DNA from: Escherichia coli
GTDB taxonomy: Bacteria; Pseudomonadota; Gammaproteobacteria; Enterobacterales; Enterobacteriaceae
Length of the DNA: 64,000 nt
Assembly (NCBI RefSeq): GCF_051903065.1
Contig: NZ_CP178438.1
Direction: 5' to 3' (one strand)
The notes beneath the pieces were generated by a model. That model was given only the letters and a program-made list of their open reading frames with translations. It ran no database searches and was not told the DNA's origin. The translations under genes and the position numbers were made by a program. Within the stretch, counting starts at the first letter, position 1, and every line of letters begins with the position of its first letter. This document shows positions 9,692 to 22,527 of the stretch, piece by piece.

Positions 9692-10849
9692 ATGAACAGA
9701 AGAAGAAAGCTGTTAATACCGTTGTTATTCTGCGGCGCGATGCTCACCGCCTGCGATGACAAATCGGCGGAAAACACCGCCGCCATGACGCCTGAGGTCG
9801 GTGTCGTCACACTCTCCCCTGGGTCGGTCAATGTGTTGAGCGAATTGCCCGGTAGAACCGTTCCTTATGAAGTTGCCGAGATACGTCCCCAGGTGGGCGG
9901 TATTATCATTAAACGCAACTTTATCGAAGGCGATAAAGTGAACCAGGGCGATTCGCTGTATCAGATTGATCCTGCACCTTTACAGGCCGAGCTAAACTCC
10001 GCCAAAGGCTCGCTGGCGAAAGCGCTCTCTACCGCCAGCAATGCCCGCATCACCTTTAACCGCCAGGCATCGTTGCTGAAGACCAACTACGTTAGCCGTC
10101 AGGATTACGACACCGCGCGCACCCAGTTGAATGAAGCAGAAGCCAATGTCACCGTCGCCAAAGCGGCTGTTGAACAGGCGACGATCAATCTGCAATACGC
10201 GAATGTCACCTCGCCGATTACGGGCGTCAGCGGGAAATCGTCGGTGACCGTCGGCGCACTCGTTACCGCTAATCAGGCAGATTCGCTGGTTACCGTACAA
10301 CGTCTGGACCCGATTTATGTCGATCTCACGCAGTCGGTGCAAGATTTCTTACGCATGAAAGAAGAGGTCGCCAGTGGGCAAATCAAACAGGTTCAGGGCA
10401 GTACGCCAGTACAGCTCAATCTGGAAAATGGTAAACGTTACAGCCAGACCGGCACGCTGAAATTCTCCGACCCGACGGTTGATGAAACCACGGGCTCCGT
10501 GACGTTACGGGCGATTTTCCCCAACCCAAATGGTGACTTGCTGCCTGGCATGTATGTCACGGCATTAGTGGATGAAGGTAGCCGCCAGAATGTATTACTG
10601 GTGCCGCAGGAAGGCGTCACCCACAACGCCCAGGGTAAAGCAACGGCGCTCATTCTGGATAAAGACGATGTCGTGCAGCTACGCGAAATTGAAGCCAGCA
10701 AAGCCATCGGCGACCAGTGGGTTGTCACCTCTGGCTTGCAGGCTGGCGATCGGGTGATCGTTTCCGGTTTGCAACGCATTCGTCCGGGTATCAAAGCACG
10801 AGCAATTTCCTCCAGCCAGGAAAACGCCAGCACCGAATCGAAACAATAA
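9692..10849 (+). CDS. mdtE: RND efflux periplasmic adaptor MdtE
   Basis: 385 aa; lipoprotein signal (LLFCGAMLTAC); membrane-fusion-protein family. Confidence 0.95.
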   Translation: MNRRRKLLIPLLFCGAMLTACDDKSAENTAAMTPEVGVVTLSPGSVNVLSELPGRTVPYEVAEIRPQVGGIIIKRNFIEGDKVNQGDSLYQIDPAPLQAELNSAKGSLAKALSTASNARITFNRQASLLKTNYVSRQDYDTARTQLNEAEANVTVAKAAVEQATINLQYANVTSPITGVSGKSSVTVGALVTANQADSLVTVQRLDPIYVDLTQSVQDFLRMKEEVASGQIKQVQGSTPVQLNLENGKRYSQTGTLKFSDPTVDETTGSVTLRAIFPNPNGDLLPGMYVTALVDEGSRQNVLLVPQEGVTHNAQGKATALILDKDDVVQLREIEASKAIGDQWVVTSGLQAGDRVIVSGLQRIRPGIKARAISSSQENASTESKQ

Positions 10850-10873
10850 CGTTGCAGGCTTAAGGGGACTTTC

Positions 10874-13800
10874 ATGGCTAACTATTTTATTGATCGCCCG
10901 GTTTTTGCTTGGGTACTTGCCATTATTATGATGCTTGCAGGTGGTCTGGCGATCATGAACTTACCGGTTGCGCAGTATCCGCAGATTGCGCCACCGACCA
11001 TTACCGTCAGCGCTACCTATCCGGGTGCCGATGCGCAAACGGTAGAAGACTCGGTCACTCAGGTGATTGAGCAAAATATGAATGGGCTTGATGGCCTGAT
11101 GTACATGTCTTCAACCAGTGATGCGGCGGGTAATGCCTCTATCACTCTGACCTTCGAGACTGGGACATCTCCTGATATCGCACAGGTTCAGGTGCAAAAT
11201 AAACTGCAACTCGCTATGCCTTCATTACCTGAAGCAGTGCAGCAGCAGGGGATTAGCGTCGATAAATCGAGCAGTAATATCCTGATGGTAGCGGCGTTTA
11301 TTTCTGATAACGGCAGCCTCAACCAGTACGATATCGCGGACTATGTAGCGTCTAGTATCAAAGACCCGCTAAGCCGTACCGCGGGCGTTGGTAGCGTACA
11401 GCTCTTTGGTTCCGAGTACGCCATGCGTATCTGGCTGGACCCGCAAAAACTCAATAAATATAACCTGGTACCTTCCGATGTTATTTCCCAGATTAAGGTG
11501 CAAAACAACCAGATTTCCGGTGGTCAACTGGGTGGCATGCCACAGGCGGCAGACCAGCAGCTAAACGCCTCGATCATTGTGCAGACGCGTCTGCAAACGC
11601 CGGAAGAATTTGGCAAAATCCTGTTGAAAGTTCAGCAAGATGGTTCGCAAGTGCTGCTGCGTGATGTCGCCCGCGTCGAACTTGGGGCGGAAGATTATTC
11701 CACCGTGGCGCGCTATAACGGCAAACCTGCTGCCGGGATCGCCATCAAACTGGCTACCGGAGCAAACGCCCTGGATACCTCGCGGGCAGTCAAAGAGGAG
11801 CTGAACCGCTTATCAGCCTATTTCCCCGCAAGTCTGAAGACGGTTTATCCTTACGACACCACGCCGTTTATCGAAATTTCTATTCAGGAAGTTTTCAAAA
11901 CACTGGTTGAGGCTATCATCCTCGTCTTCCTGGTCATGTATCTGTTTTTGCAGAATTTCCGTGCCACAATCATCCCGACGATTGCCGTACCGGTGGTTAT
12001 TCTCGGGACGTTTGCGATCTTGTCGGCGGTCGGTTTCACCATCAACACGTTAACTATGTTCGGGATGGTGCTGGCGATAGGGTTACTGGTGGATGACGCC
12101 ATCGTAGTGGTGGAGAACGTCGAGCGTGTCATTGCGGAAGATAAGCTACCGCCGAAGGAAGCGACGCATAAATCGATGGGGCAGATCCAACGTGCGCTGG
12201 TCGGTATTGCCGTTGTTCTTTCCGCAGTGTTTATGCCGATGGCCTTTATGAGCGGTGCAACCGGGGAGATCTACCGCCAGTTCTCCATCACGCTGATCTC
12301 CTCCATGCTGCTTTCAGTATTTGTGGCAATGAGCCTGACCCCTGCCCTGTGCGCCACCATTCTGAAAGCCGCGCCGGAAGGCGGTCATAAACCTAACGCC
12401 CTGTTCGCACGCTTCAACACGCTGTTTGAAAAATCAACTCAGCACTATACCGATAGCACCCGCTCGCTGTTGCGTTGTACCGGTCGCTACATGGTGGTCT
12501 ACCTGCTGATTTGCGCCGGGATGGCGGTGCTGTTCCTGCGCACGCCGACCTCTTTCTTACCAGAAGAGGATCAGGGGGTATTTATGACCACCGCGCAGTT
12601 ACCTTCCGGTGCCACCATGGTTAACACCACGAAAGTGCTGCAACAGGTGACGGATTATTATCTGACTAAAGAGAAAGATAATGTCCAGTCGGTGTTTACC
12701 GTTGGCGGCTTTGGCTTCAGCGGCCAGGGGCAAAACAACGGCCTGGCGTTTATCAGTCTCAAGCCGTGGTCTGAACGTGTCGGTGAGGAAAACTCGGTTA
12801 CCGCGATCATTCAGCGGGCAATGATTGCGCTAAGCAGTATCAATAAAGCCGTCGTCTTCCCGTTCAACTTACCCGCGGTGGCTGAACTGGGTACCGCGTC
12901 AGGTTTTGATATGGAACTGCTGGACAACGGTAACCTGGGGCACGAAAAACTAACCCAGGCACGAAACGAGCTGTTATCACTGGCAGCGCAATCACCGAAT
13001 CAGGTCACCGGGGTACGCCCGAACGGCCTGGAAGATACGCCGATGTTCAAAGTGAACGTCAACGCCGCGAAAGCTGAGGCAATGGGTGTGGCGCTGTCTG
13101 ATATCAACCAGACAATTTCCACCGCCTTCGGCAGCAGCTACGTGAACGACTTCCTCAACCAGGGGCGGGTGAAAAAAGTGTATGTCCAGGCAGGCACGCC
13201 GTTCCGTATGTTGCCGGATAACATCAATCAATGGTATGTACGCAACGCCTCTGGCACGATGGCACCGCTTTCTGCCTACTCGTCTACCGAATGGACCTAT
13301 GGTTCACCGCGACTGGAACGCTACAACGGCATCCCGTCAATGGAGATTTTAGGTGAAGCGGCGGCCGGGAAAAGTACCGGTGACGCAATGAAATTTATGG
13401 CAGACCTGGTCGCTAAACTTCCGGCAGGCGTCGGCTACTCATGGACCGGACTGTCGTATCAGGAAGCGTTATCCTCAAATCAGGCTCCCGCGCTATATGC
13501 CATTTCACTGGTCGTGGTGTTCCTCGCCCTCGCCGCACTTTATGAGAGCTGGTCAATTCCGTTCTCGGTGATGTTGGTTGTTCCGTTAGGCGTCGTTGGC
13601 GCATTACTGGCCACCGATCTGCGCGGCTTAAGTAATGACGTCTACTTCCAGGTTGGTTTGCTGACCACCATCGGGCTTTCCGCCAAGAACGCCATCCTGA
13701 TTGTCGAATTTGCCGTTGAGATGATGCAGAAAGAAGGGAAAACGCCGATAGAGGCAATCATCGAAGCGGCGCGGATGCGTTTACGCCCAATCCTGATGAC

Positions 13801-13987
13801 CTCTCTGGCCTTTATTCTCGGCGTGCTGCCGCTGGTTATCAGTCATGGTGCCGGTTCTGGCGCGCAAAACGCGGTAGGTACCGGCGTGATGGGCGGGATG
13901 TTTGCCGCAACAGTGCTGGCAATTTACTTTGTTCCGGTCTTTTTCGTTGTAGTGGAACATCTCTTTGCCCGCTTTAAAAAAGCGTAA
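10874..13987 (+). CDS. mdtF: RND efflux inner-membrane transporter MdtF (AcrB family)
   Basis: 1037 aa; AcrB-like N-terminus ([27 protein letters not shown]). Confidence 0.95.
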   Translation: MANYFIDRPVFAWVLAIIMMLAGGLAIMNLPVAQYPQIAPPTITVSATYPGADAQTVEDSVTQVIEQNMNGLDGLMYMSSTSDAAGNASITLTFETGTSPDIAQVQVQNKLQLAMPSLPEAVQQQGISVDKSSSNILMVAAFISDNGSLNQYDIADYVASSIKDPLSRTAGVGSVQLFGSEYAMRIWLDPQKLNKYNLVPSDVISQIKVQNNQISGGQLGGMPQAADQQLNASIIVQTRLQTPEEFGKILLKVQQDGSQVLLRDVARVELGAEDYSTVARYNGKPAAGIAIKLATGANALDTSRAVKEELNRLSAYFPASLKTVYPYDTTPFIEISIQEVFKTLVEAIILVFLVMYLFLQNFRATIIPTIAVPVVILGTFAILSAVGFTINTLTMFGMVLAIGLLVDDAIVVVENVERVIAEDKLPPKEATHKSMGQIQRALVGIAVVLSAVFMPMAFMSGATGEIYRQFSITLISSMLLSVFVAMSLTPALCATILKAAPEGGHKPNALFARFNTLFEKSTQHYTDSTRSLLRCTGRYMVVYLLICAGMAVLFLRTPTSFLPEEDQGVFMTTAQLPSGATMVNTTKVLQQVTDYYLTKEKDNVQSVFTVGGFGFSGQGQNNGLAFISLKPWSERVGEENSVTAIIQRAMIALSSINKAVVFPFNLPAVAELGTASGFDMELLDNGNLGHEKLTQARNELLSLAAQSPNQVTGVRPNGLEDTPMFKVNVNAAKAEAMGVALSDINQTISTAFGSSYVNDFLNQGRVKKVYVQAGTPFRMLPDNINQWYVRNASGTMAPLSAYSSTEWTYGSPRLERYNGIPSMEILGEAAAGKSTGDAMKFMADLVAKLPAGVGYSWTGLSYQEALSSNQAPALYAISLVVVFLALAALYESWSIPFSVMLVVPLGVVGALLATDLRGLSNDVYFQVGLLTTIGLSAKNAILIVEFAVEMMQKEGKTPIEAIIEAARMRLRPILMTSLAFILGVLPLVISHGAGSGAQNAVGTGVMGGMFAATVLAIYFVPVFFVVVEHLFARFKKA

Positions 13988-14002
13988 CGTGTAAATGAGA
14001 GT

Positions 14003-14040
14003 AAGGTTGAACGTGAAGGTTCAGCCTTACTCTTTCCTGC
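14003..14040. terminator. Stem-loop terminator between convergent mdtF and gadW
   Basis: Inverted repeat gtaaggttgaac...gttcagccttac immediately after the mdtF stop. Confidence 0.5.
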
Positions 14041-14349
14041 TAACCATTCACCACTCAACAACCAGCTAACCGTCAGGAATACCAGGCTTAGTACACAGCA
14101 CTGAAAGTAGAAACCACTCCAGCCATTCGTCATCAATTTGAACAGCACAATACTGACCCACATTCCCGTAATCGTATGAATTGTCAGCTTAATAATCCCA
14201 AACATGCCTAGTCTTTTCCTCCTGAAAATACCTATACCGCCTGGCAAACTGCGAAAGAGAACTAGCCGGTAGCCCGGCAGAAATCATCAGGGAAGAGTTT
14301 CACATGAAGCAGGTGTGAGATCCTGACCAATATTCAAATGCGAAATATG

Positions 14350-15078
14350 TCAGGAAAAGGTACCTGGCGAATGTTGCGCAAACTGATGTGGCGTTACACC
14401 ATAATATTGTCGAAATGTGTTTATAAAGTACGATGTACTGCTATAGCCACATTTTTCCGCAATAGTATGCAGAGGAATTTGACGTAACTCGAGTAATCGT
14501 CTGGCCATCGACATCCTGGAGGCGAGTAATATTTTACTGAAACAGGTATTTTCATCCTGCAACTTTTTTTTGATTAGACTCTCGCTGGTATACATTCTTT
14601 CCGCGATATCGCGCAGATACCAACGTTTAGCGATATCAAAGCTAATAAGGCGTTCAACTTTTCCTGAAACAGTACTGATGCTATTGAAAAGTAAGGGGAT
14701 CAGTTCTTTCTTATGAGAAAACATCGATAAACAGGAAAGATAGAGCATTTTGCTCAGTATCGGCGAATTTACCCCGGAGTCATTGAAACTATCAAAAATC
14801 GCCGTCACCAGCGGCATGGGGGGTGACTGGTTAATTAACAGACGGTCTTTGCTATGTAACCCTAAATTGCGTGGTAGCTGACGAATATTTTGTAAGTAAT
14901 GGCAAACTGTCAGCTCATCGATATCCAGCCGTCGCGTATCCGGTGAACAAAACGCAAAATCGTCTGCCAAATTTTTATCCAGCAGCAGGATACTCTCGTT
15001 ATGCAGCGATATTTTTTGCTGTTCATGATAAATATCGAATGAACGACGAATGAGGATCACCGAGCAGACATGAGTCAT
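14350..15078 (-). CDS. gadW: AraC-family acid-resistance regulator GadW
   Basis: 242 aa; AraC-type HTH C-terminus; paired with gadX. Confidence 0.9.
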   Translation of the reverse strand: MTHVCSVILIRRSFDIYHEQQKISLHNESILLLDKNLADDFAFCSPDTRRLDIDELTVCHYLQNIRQLPRNLGLHSKDRLLINQSPPMPLVTAIFDSFNDSGVNSPILSKMLYLSCLSMFSHKKELIPLLFNSISTVSGKVERLISFDIAKRWYLRDIAERMYTSESLIKKKLQDENTCFSKILLASRMSMARRLLELRQIPLHTIAEKCGYSSTSYFINTFRQYYGVTPHQFAQHSPGTFS

Positions 15079-15323
15079 GATTATCCCTTATATTTCATAC
15101 TGCGATTATTTCAATTTCAGTATACTAATGAAATGATGCCAGACTGTTTCTTAGCGCAAAAACTGCCAGATTTGGTAGGACCAAAATTTATCCACAAAGT
15201 AGTTTTGCATAACAGTTAATTGATAATAAGTAAATGCAACACGAATATATTTTCGCACAGCGTATAGCTTATGTTTATAAAAAAATGGCTGATCTTATTT
15301 CCAGTAAAAGTTATATTTAACTT

Positions 15324-15429
15324 ACTGAGAGCACAAAGTTTCCCGTGCCAACAGGGAGTGTTATAACGGTTTATTAGTCTGGAGACGGCAGACTATCCTC
15401 TTCCCGGTCCCCTATGCCGGGTTTTTTTT
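15324..15429 (+). ncRNA. gadY: GadY small RNA
   Basis: Sequence ACTGAGAGCACAAAGTTTCCCGTGCCAACAGGGAG...CCCGGTCCCCTATGCCGGGTTTTTTTT matches my recollection of GadY; intrinsic terminator at the 3' end; -10-like TATATT just upstream; opposite strand abutting the gadX stop. Confidence 0.75.
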
Positions 15430-15445
15430 ATGTCTGAGTAAAACT

Positions 15446-16270
15446 CTATAATCTTATTCCTTCCGCAGAACAGTCAGTGCCGTAAAAATTCCCTTGCGCA
15501 ACAATACTTGCCGCCGAGTCACGGTTCGACAATCTCTGCGCCGATCGCTCCTGATACTCTGTGGGCGTCATCCCATAATAATTTCGAAAGACGTAAATGA
15601 AATACGACACGCTGTGATATCCACAGGATACTGCAACTCGCTTAATTGAAAAACCATGTATAACAATAAGTTGCAAAGCACGTTTCATTCTACACTCAGT
15701 AAGCAACTGTGAATATGATGTCTCTTCTTCGCGCAATTTTTTCTTTAACAGACTTGGACTCATCAACAGCTCGCTGGCGATTCGGGCTAGTGTCCACTCA
15801 TGGGCGATATTATTATTGATAACCGTACAAACTCGTGTTCGCATGTTCGGTTGTAAAACGTTCAGAAGCAGCGGTATAAAGTGCTCATCCTCAAGAAAAA
15901 CAGATAACAACGCAAAGATTAATGCTCTTTTACGTAGCATTTCTGCATAGCGAAGATTCTTATTCTGCGATAGTTGCGCAACTTCCTGAAAAACAGGAAT
16001 ATCTCTGCTACAGTGATGAACGAGTAATGAAGAAACTTTTTTATGTGCATGAAGATTTAATGCCTCCTCCTTGAGCATCGGGAGAAATAATGAAAGCGTG
16101 TCCCTTGACACGAATACAAAATTTTCAACACACTTATCTACTCGAATTTGGCTTGCATCCGCAAAAACCAGGTCACCGCCATTAAAATAGCGATATTCAC
16201 CATTAACCATGGTGAGAATATATTTATGTCTTGCATACGCAATTAGACAATTCCCATGTAGTGATTGCAT
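15446..16270 (-). CDS. gadX: AraC-family acid-resistance regulator GadX
   Basis: 274 aa; AraC family; downstream of gadA. Confidence 0.9.
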   Translation of the reverse strand: MQSLHGNCLIAYARHKYILTMVNGEYRYFNGGDLVFADASQIRVDKCVENFVFVSRDTLSLFLPMLKEEALNLHAHKKVSSLLVHHCSRDIPVFQEVAQLSQNKNLRYAEMLRKRALIFALLSVFLEDEHFIPLLLNVLQPNMRTRVCTVINNNIAHEWTLARIASELLMSPSLLKKKLREEETSYSQLLTECRMKRALQLIVIHGFSIKRVAVSCGYHSVSYFIYVFRNYYGMTPTEYQERSAQRLSNRDSAASIVAQGNFYGTDCSAEGIRL

Positions 16271-16585
16271 AGTTGACTTAATATTACATAAACATATTAC
16301 TGTTTATTAATGTAGCACGCCGCCCTCTTAAGTCAAATTGATTGATAAATAAATTTAAACGAAGCGGGAGAACAGGATGATAATGTGTGATGTTCTACGG
16401 GCAGGATGACTGGATTTATAATACAAATACGTGTTTAAGAACGCAGGGAAATTAATAGTAAGCAAATAATCCCTTTTCGTGACATTAAAGGTAATCGCTA
16501 CATTTAATAAACATTCATATAACATATATCTTATCAACACGATGAATAGACAGCCAATATATTATTGCGATTAATAAGCAACCGA

Positions 16586-16626
16586 ATGCCCAGCTGTTTT
16601 TTTAAAGGCTGGGCATTCGGTTTTTA
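16586..16626 (-). terminator. Rho-independent terminator after gadA
   Basis: Hairpin aatgcccagc...gctgggcatt with a flanking T-run just past the gadA stop. Confidence 0.55.
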
Positions 16627-16639
16627 CAACGTTATGTTA

Positions 16640-18040
16640 TCAGGTGTGTTTAAAGCTGTTCTGCTGGGCAATACCCTGCAGTTTCGGGTGATCGCTGAGA
16701 TATTTCAGGGAGGCTTTGTAGTCTTCCAGCAACAGTTCAGCAAAGTCCATTTCGAAGCCGCGACGACACATAATGCGCATCACCACGATGTCGGTGGCTT
16801 CACCGCCGAGAGTGAAGGCCGGAACCTGCCAGCCGCGCAGACGCAGACGTTCAGAGAGGTCGTACAGGGTGTATCCCGGATCTTCACCATCTTTCAGTTT
16901 GAAGCAAACTGCCGGGATGCCTTCGTCCGGGCGACCCGTACAGATGAACTCATACGGCCCCAGTTTGGCGATTTCATCCGCCAGATAAGCGGCAACCTGG
17001 TAAGAGGCGTTCTGTACTTTGGTATAGCCTTCACGACCGAGGCGCAGGAATTCATAGTACTGTGCAATTACCTGACCCGCCGGGCGGGAGAAGTTGATGG
17101 CAAAAGTACCAATCTGACCCCCCAGGTAGTCAACGTTGAACACCAGTTCCTGCGGCAGCGCTTCTTCGTCACGCCAGATAACCCAGCCGCAGCCCAGCGG
17201 AGCCAGACCGAATTTATGGCCTGAAGCACTGATCGATTTCACACGCGGCAGGCGGAAGTCCCAGACGATATCCGGGGCGACGAACGGTGCCAGAAAGCCA
17301 CCGCTGGCGGCGTCGATGTGCATGTCGATGTCGATACCGGTGTCGGCCTGGAATTTATCCAGTGCATCGTGCAGCGGTTGCGGGAACTCATAGTTACCGG
17401 TGTAGGTCACGCCGAAAGTCGGCACCACGCCGATGGTGTTTTCGTCGCAGGCTTCAATCATGCGTTTCGGGTCCATAAACAACTGACCGGGGCGCATAGG
17501 GATCTCACGCAGCTCCACATCCCAGTAGCGGGCGAATTTATGCCAGCAGATTTGTACCGGACCGCACACCAGGTTTGGTTTATCCGTTGGTTTGCCTGCA
17601 GCTTCCATACGCTTGCGCCAACGCCATTTCATCGCCATCCCGCCGAGCATACAGGCCTCGGAAGAACCAATGGTGTTGGTGCCAACGGCCTGACCATTTT
17701 TCGGCGCAGGCGCATGCCACAGATCGGCAACCATATTTACGCAACGCAGGTCGATGGCTGCGGATTGCGGATATTCTTCTTTGTCGATCCAGTTTTTATT
17801 GATCGACAAATCCATCAATTTATGGACGTTTTCGTCGTCCCAGGTCTGGCAGAAAGTGGCCAGGTTCTGACGAGCGTTGCCATCAAGATATAATTCATCA
17901 TTGATAATCTGGAATGCGACATCATCGCGCATTTCGTGCAGCGGAAATCGTTTTGACTCCGCGATAGTAGAAATGGCCTTTGCGCCAAAACGTGAATCGA
18001 GTAGTTCTGAGCGGAAATCCGTTAACAGCTTCTGGTCCAT
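16640..18040 (-). CDS. gadA: Glutamate decarboxylase alpha (PLP-dependent)
   Basis: 466 aa from [19 protein letters not shown]; called gadA rather than gadB because of gadX linkage. Confidence 0.9.
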   Translation of the reverse strand: MDQKLLTDFRSELLDSRFGAKAISTIAESKRFPLHEMRDDVAFQIINDELYLDGNARQNLATFCQTWDDENVHKLMDLSINKNWIDKEEYPQSAAIDLRCVNMVADLWHAPAPKNGQAVGTNTIGSSEACMLGGMAMKWRWRKRMEAAGKPTDKPNLVCGPVQICWHKFARYWDVELREIPMRPGQLFMDPKRMIEACDENTIGVVPTFGVTYTGNYEFPQPLHDALDKFQADTGIDIDMHIDAASGGFLAPFVAPDIVWDFRLPRVKSISASGHKFGLAPLGCGWVIWRDEEALPQELVFNVDYLGGQIGTFAINFSRPAGQVIAQYYEFLRLGREGYTKVQNASYQVAAYLADEIAKLGPYEFICTGRPDEGIPAVCFKLKDGEDPGYTLYDLSERLRLRGWQVPAFTLGGEATDIVVMRIMCRRGFEMDFAELLLEDYKASLKYLSDHPKLQGIAQQNSFKHT

Positions 18041-18119
18041 TTCGAACTCCTTAAATTTATTTGAAGGCAATAAAAAAGTAGGATTTATCCGCAATGGAAG
18101 CAAGGCATTACAGGCTTAA

Positions 18120-18139
18120 TTTAAATAACAAAATCCTAA
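18120..18139 (-). promoter_or_regulatory. GAD box (GadX/GadW/GadE binding site) upstream of gadA
   Basis: Reverse complement reads TTAGGATTTTGTTATTTAAA, the conserved 20-bp GAD box, about 90 bp upstream of the gadA ATG. Confidence 0.6.
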
Positions 18140-18250
18140 GCAGAAAAACGACTTTTTATAATATAAACATTTAACATGATAATATTAAAAACAGACTTTA
18201 TTATCATAATAAAAATCGCCCAAACATTCCTGTTCGGGCGATCAAATTAA

Positions 18251-19648
18251 TTATTGTTTATCCTGCATATACGGCGTGTACACCCCGTTCAGACTGTGCA
18301 GGAAAGCTACGATATCATCCACATCCTCCTGCGGCAGCTCTTTGCCTACCTGATAGCGCAACATCAGCTTCACCGCCCCGTCCAGCGTCGGCACGTCACC
18401 GCGATGGAAGTACGGTGCCGTTAAAGCAACGTTACGTAAACCGGGTACTTTCTGACGCAATTTATCACGCTCTTCTTTAGTAACATTCATACGACCAATA
18501 TCCGCCGCCGTAATTTCACCAAAGTTAAAGTCTTTTTTCAGCCCCAACGGTTCGAAGGAACGTCCGCCGAGAATAATACCACCATGACAAGTTGCACATT
18601 TATTATCTTTAAATAATTGATAGCCTTTTTTCTGTTGCGCCGTCAGCGCATTCTCATCTCCACGCAACCATTTATCAAATGGGGAATCCGGCGTAATTAA
18701 TGTTTTCTCAAATTCAGCAATGGCATCAGTAATATTTTCGCCACTGAAACCTTGCGGATAGACTTCGAGGAACTGCGCTTTAAGCCGCGGATCTTTTTCC
18801 AGCTTGGCAATAATTTCGTCCCAGGATTTTGACGCCATTTCAATCGGGTTCAACGGCGGTCCACCAGCCTGATCCTGCAATGTTGCCGCACGGCCATCCC
18901 AGAACTGCTCAACGTTAAATACTGAGTTAAATACCGTCGGCGCGTTAATCGGCCCAACTGCGCCACCAACACCAATTGATGTTTTTCTGCCATCGACGCC
19001 CCCCGCATTCAACGCATGGCAATGAGCGCATGAAATGGTGCTATCAGCCGATAAACGGGGATCGTGATACAGCGCAAAGCCCAACGCCACTTTTTGCGCA
19101 TCGGTAGGCAGTTTTTGCGGGATGGGCTGCACCGGTTCATTGCGATGCTCCGGAGCAGTATCATTGCTGGCGTAATATTCCGCGCGCTGTTTTGCAATCC
19201 AGGCCAGTATTTCCGCCCGCTCTTCATCACTCACCTTACCCGCCCAGTGAAGCGCGGTATAACGCGTTGGTGGCATAGTTTCATACTGCATCACCCATTC
19301 AATCTTATTCAGATCGCTTTGCGAAACGGGTTTATCAGCCAGCAGTGCCGCACGCACGGCCTCGAGGTTAAAAGATTTATATCCAAGCTTAATGTCGTAA
19401 TCCATCAACTGTTTCGCGCCAGGAATATAATAATAGGCGGGTAATTCTGCCGAAGGCGTGTGGCAATAGTCGCATCCTTTTTCGCGGAGAAAGCCTAAAA
19501 CCTTATTATTTTCACTGACAGCAGATGCCTGAACATCGGCCTGTTTACTGCGTTTATTATCGTGGTACCACACATAACCAGATAACCCTAAATAGCAAAT
19601 CGCGACGCCAGCCAGGCCGATCGCGGTAATACGTGAGACCATTTTCAT
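18251..19648 (-). CDS. yhjA: Cytochrome c peroxidase (di/tri-heme), YhjA/Ccp
   Basis: 465 aa; several CxxCH heme-binding motifs (CDYCH, CAHCH, CATCH); N-terminal membrane anchor. Confidence 0.9.
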   Translation of the reverse strand: MKMVSRITAIGLAGVAICYLGLSGYVWYHDNKRSKQADVQASAVSENNKVLGFLREKGCDYCHTPSAELPAYYYIPGAKQLMDYDIKLGYKSFNLEAVRAALLADKPVSQSDLNKIEWVMQYETMPPTRYTALHWAGKVSDEERAEILAWIAKQRAEYYASNDTAPEHRNEPVQPIPQKLPTDAQKVALGFALYHDPRLSADSTISCAHCHALNAGGVDGRKTSIGVGGAVGPINAPTVFNSVFNVEQFWDGRAATLQDQAGGPPLNPIEMASKSWDEIIAKLEKDPRLKAQFLEVYPQGFSGENITDAIAEFEKTLITPDSPFDKWLRGDENALTAQQKKGYQLFKDNKCATCHGGIILGGRSFEPLGLKKDFNFGEITAADIGRMNVTKEERDKLRQKVPGLRNVALTAPYFHRGDVPTLDGAVKLMLRYQVGKELPQEDVDDIVAFLHSLNGVYTPYMQDKQ

Positions 19649-19755
19649 TATTCTTCCCTCACGGTGGTGAGTTATTGTGACCCAGAAAATTTTCCAGAAT
19701 GCTGCAAACGTCTCTGCGAGACAAAGCCATCATAAAAAACAGGGAGATACGCTTT

Positions 19756-19769
19756 TTGATAGGAATCAA
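19756..19769. promoter_or_regulatory. FNR-box-like site TTGATaggaATCAA upstream of yhjA
   Basis: Perfect match to the FNR consensus TTGAT-N4-ATCAA about 110 bp upstream of the yhjA start. Confidence 0.55.
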
Positions 19770-20021
19770 TCAATTACATGAATATAAACTATCAATAAGA
19801 TAGCCTGTGCCTATTACCCAGATCAGGAATGGCATATCATGATTGCGGCGAGAGCAGGATTGAATGTTCTGAAAATGAAAAACAACACGAAATCTGTATT
19901 TTTATAAATTCCATTGATATTAGTGCGTTATATTTTTTGACAGGTTAATAAACGTGATCCACCGCACGCTTTGTCGCCCACCAGGCGGAGCGAATGACTA
20001 CCCTTAAAGAAAAGCCGATAA

Positions 20022-21701
<1,680 letters not shown>

Positions 21702-21704
21702 TAT

Positions 21705-21745
21705 TTTTACAGCCAGCCGCTAACTTCCTGCTGGCTGTAAAATTA
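21705..21745. terminator. Bidirectional stem-loop between treF and yhjB
   Basis: Inverted repeat acagccagc...gctggctgt between the two convergent stop codons. Confidence 0.5.
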
Positions 21746-21751
21746 TCCTCT

Positions 21752-22354
21752 TCAGGAGGAGATATTTAACATCATTGCCGCCTGGGTGCGATTTTTCACT
21801 TCCAGACGGCGATACAGGGATTCCAGATGCGCTTTTACCGTTCCGGTACTGATATTCAGCGCTCTGCCGATCTCCTTATTTGATTCGCCCGCCGCTAACA
21901 TGGTTAAAATCTCCCGCTGGCGGGCGCTTAACGATTTGAGATCTTTAATGTCCTTTTCCGGCGTCGTCCGCCAGTCTCCAGGCAGAAACATCATCCCCAT
22001 CGCCGCACTATTTACCGCCAACGCAAATGTCTCGACGGTTGAATCACGAGGCACAATGGCCAGCACATTAAAATGAATAACTTCCTGTAACCACCGTTTA
22101 TTGCAATCCGTCGCCGTGATTAACACCTTAACCTCAGGAAACTGCACCACGGTTTTTTGCAGTAACCAGTAGCAAAACTCACCATCCTGATCGCCATCGA
22201 GCATAACTAAGGCTTCAGGGTAACTTTCCAGCTTTTGCCATAACTCGTCTGCCTGACTGGCCCCCTGAATACTCACTCCTGGAATACGCTGCTGTAAACT
22301 GATTTTCATTCCATGAATAAATATTGACTGCCTGTCAAACATGACTATTTGCAT
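21752..22354 (-). CDS. yhjB: LuxR/FixJ-family response-regulator-like protein YhjB
   Basis: 200 aa; C-terminal LuxR-type HTH (EILTMLAAGESNKEIGRALNISTGTVKAH). Confidence 0.85.
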   Translation of the reverse strand: MQIVMFDRQSIFIHGMKISLQQRIPGVSIQGASQADELWQKLESYPEALVMLDGDQDGEFCYWLLQKTVVQFPEVKVLITATDCNKRWLQEVIHFNVLAIVPRDSTVETFALAVNSAAMGMMFLPGDWRTTPEKDIKDLKSLSARQREILTMLAAGESNKEIGRALNISTGTVKAHLESLYRRLEVKNRTQAAMMLNISS

Positions 22355-22518
22355 AACTGAATCTCCACCTGAATACGTTAAAAAGACTTAAGTAGTGGAA
22401 GGGTATTACCCGCGAGAAAAAATAAGAATTCGCCATTTGGCGGTGGCCATTCTACAGAGATGACGCGTAGAAAATAGTTACCGATATAAATAGTTACAGC
22501 TAAACGCCTGAAATTACA

Positions 22519-22527
22519 TGTCGAGGG
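22519..22527. repeat. Target-site duplication TGTCGAGGG (left flank of IS)
   Basis: Identical 9-mer directly flanks both ends of the IS (also at 23585-23593). Confidence 0.8.
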
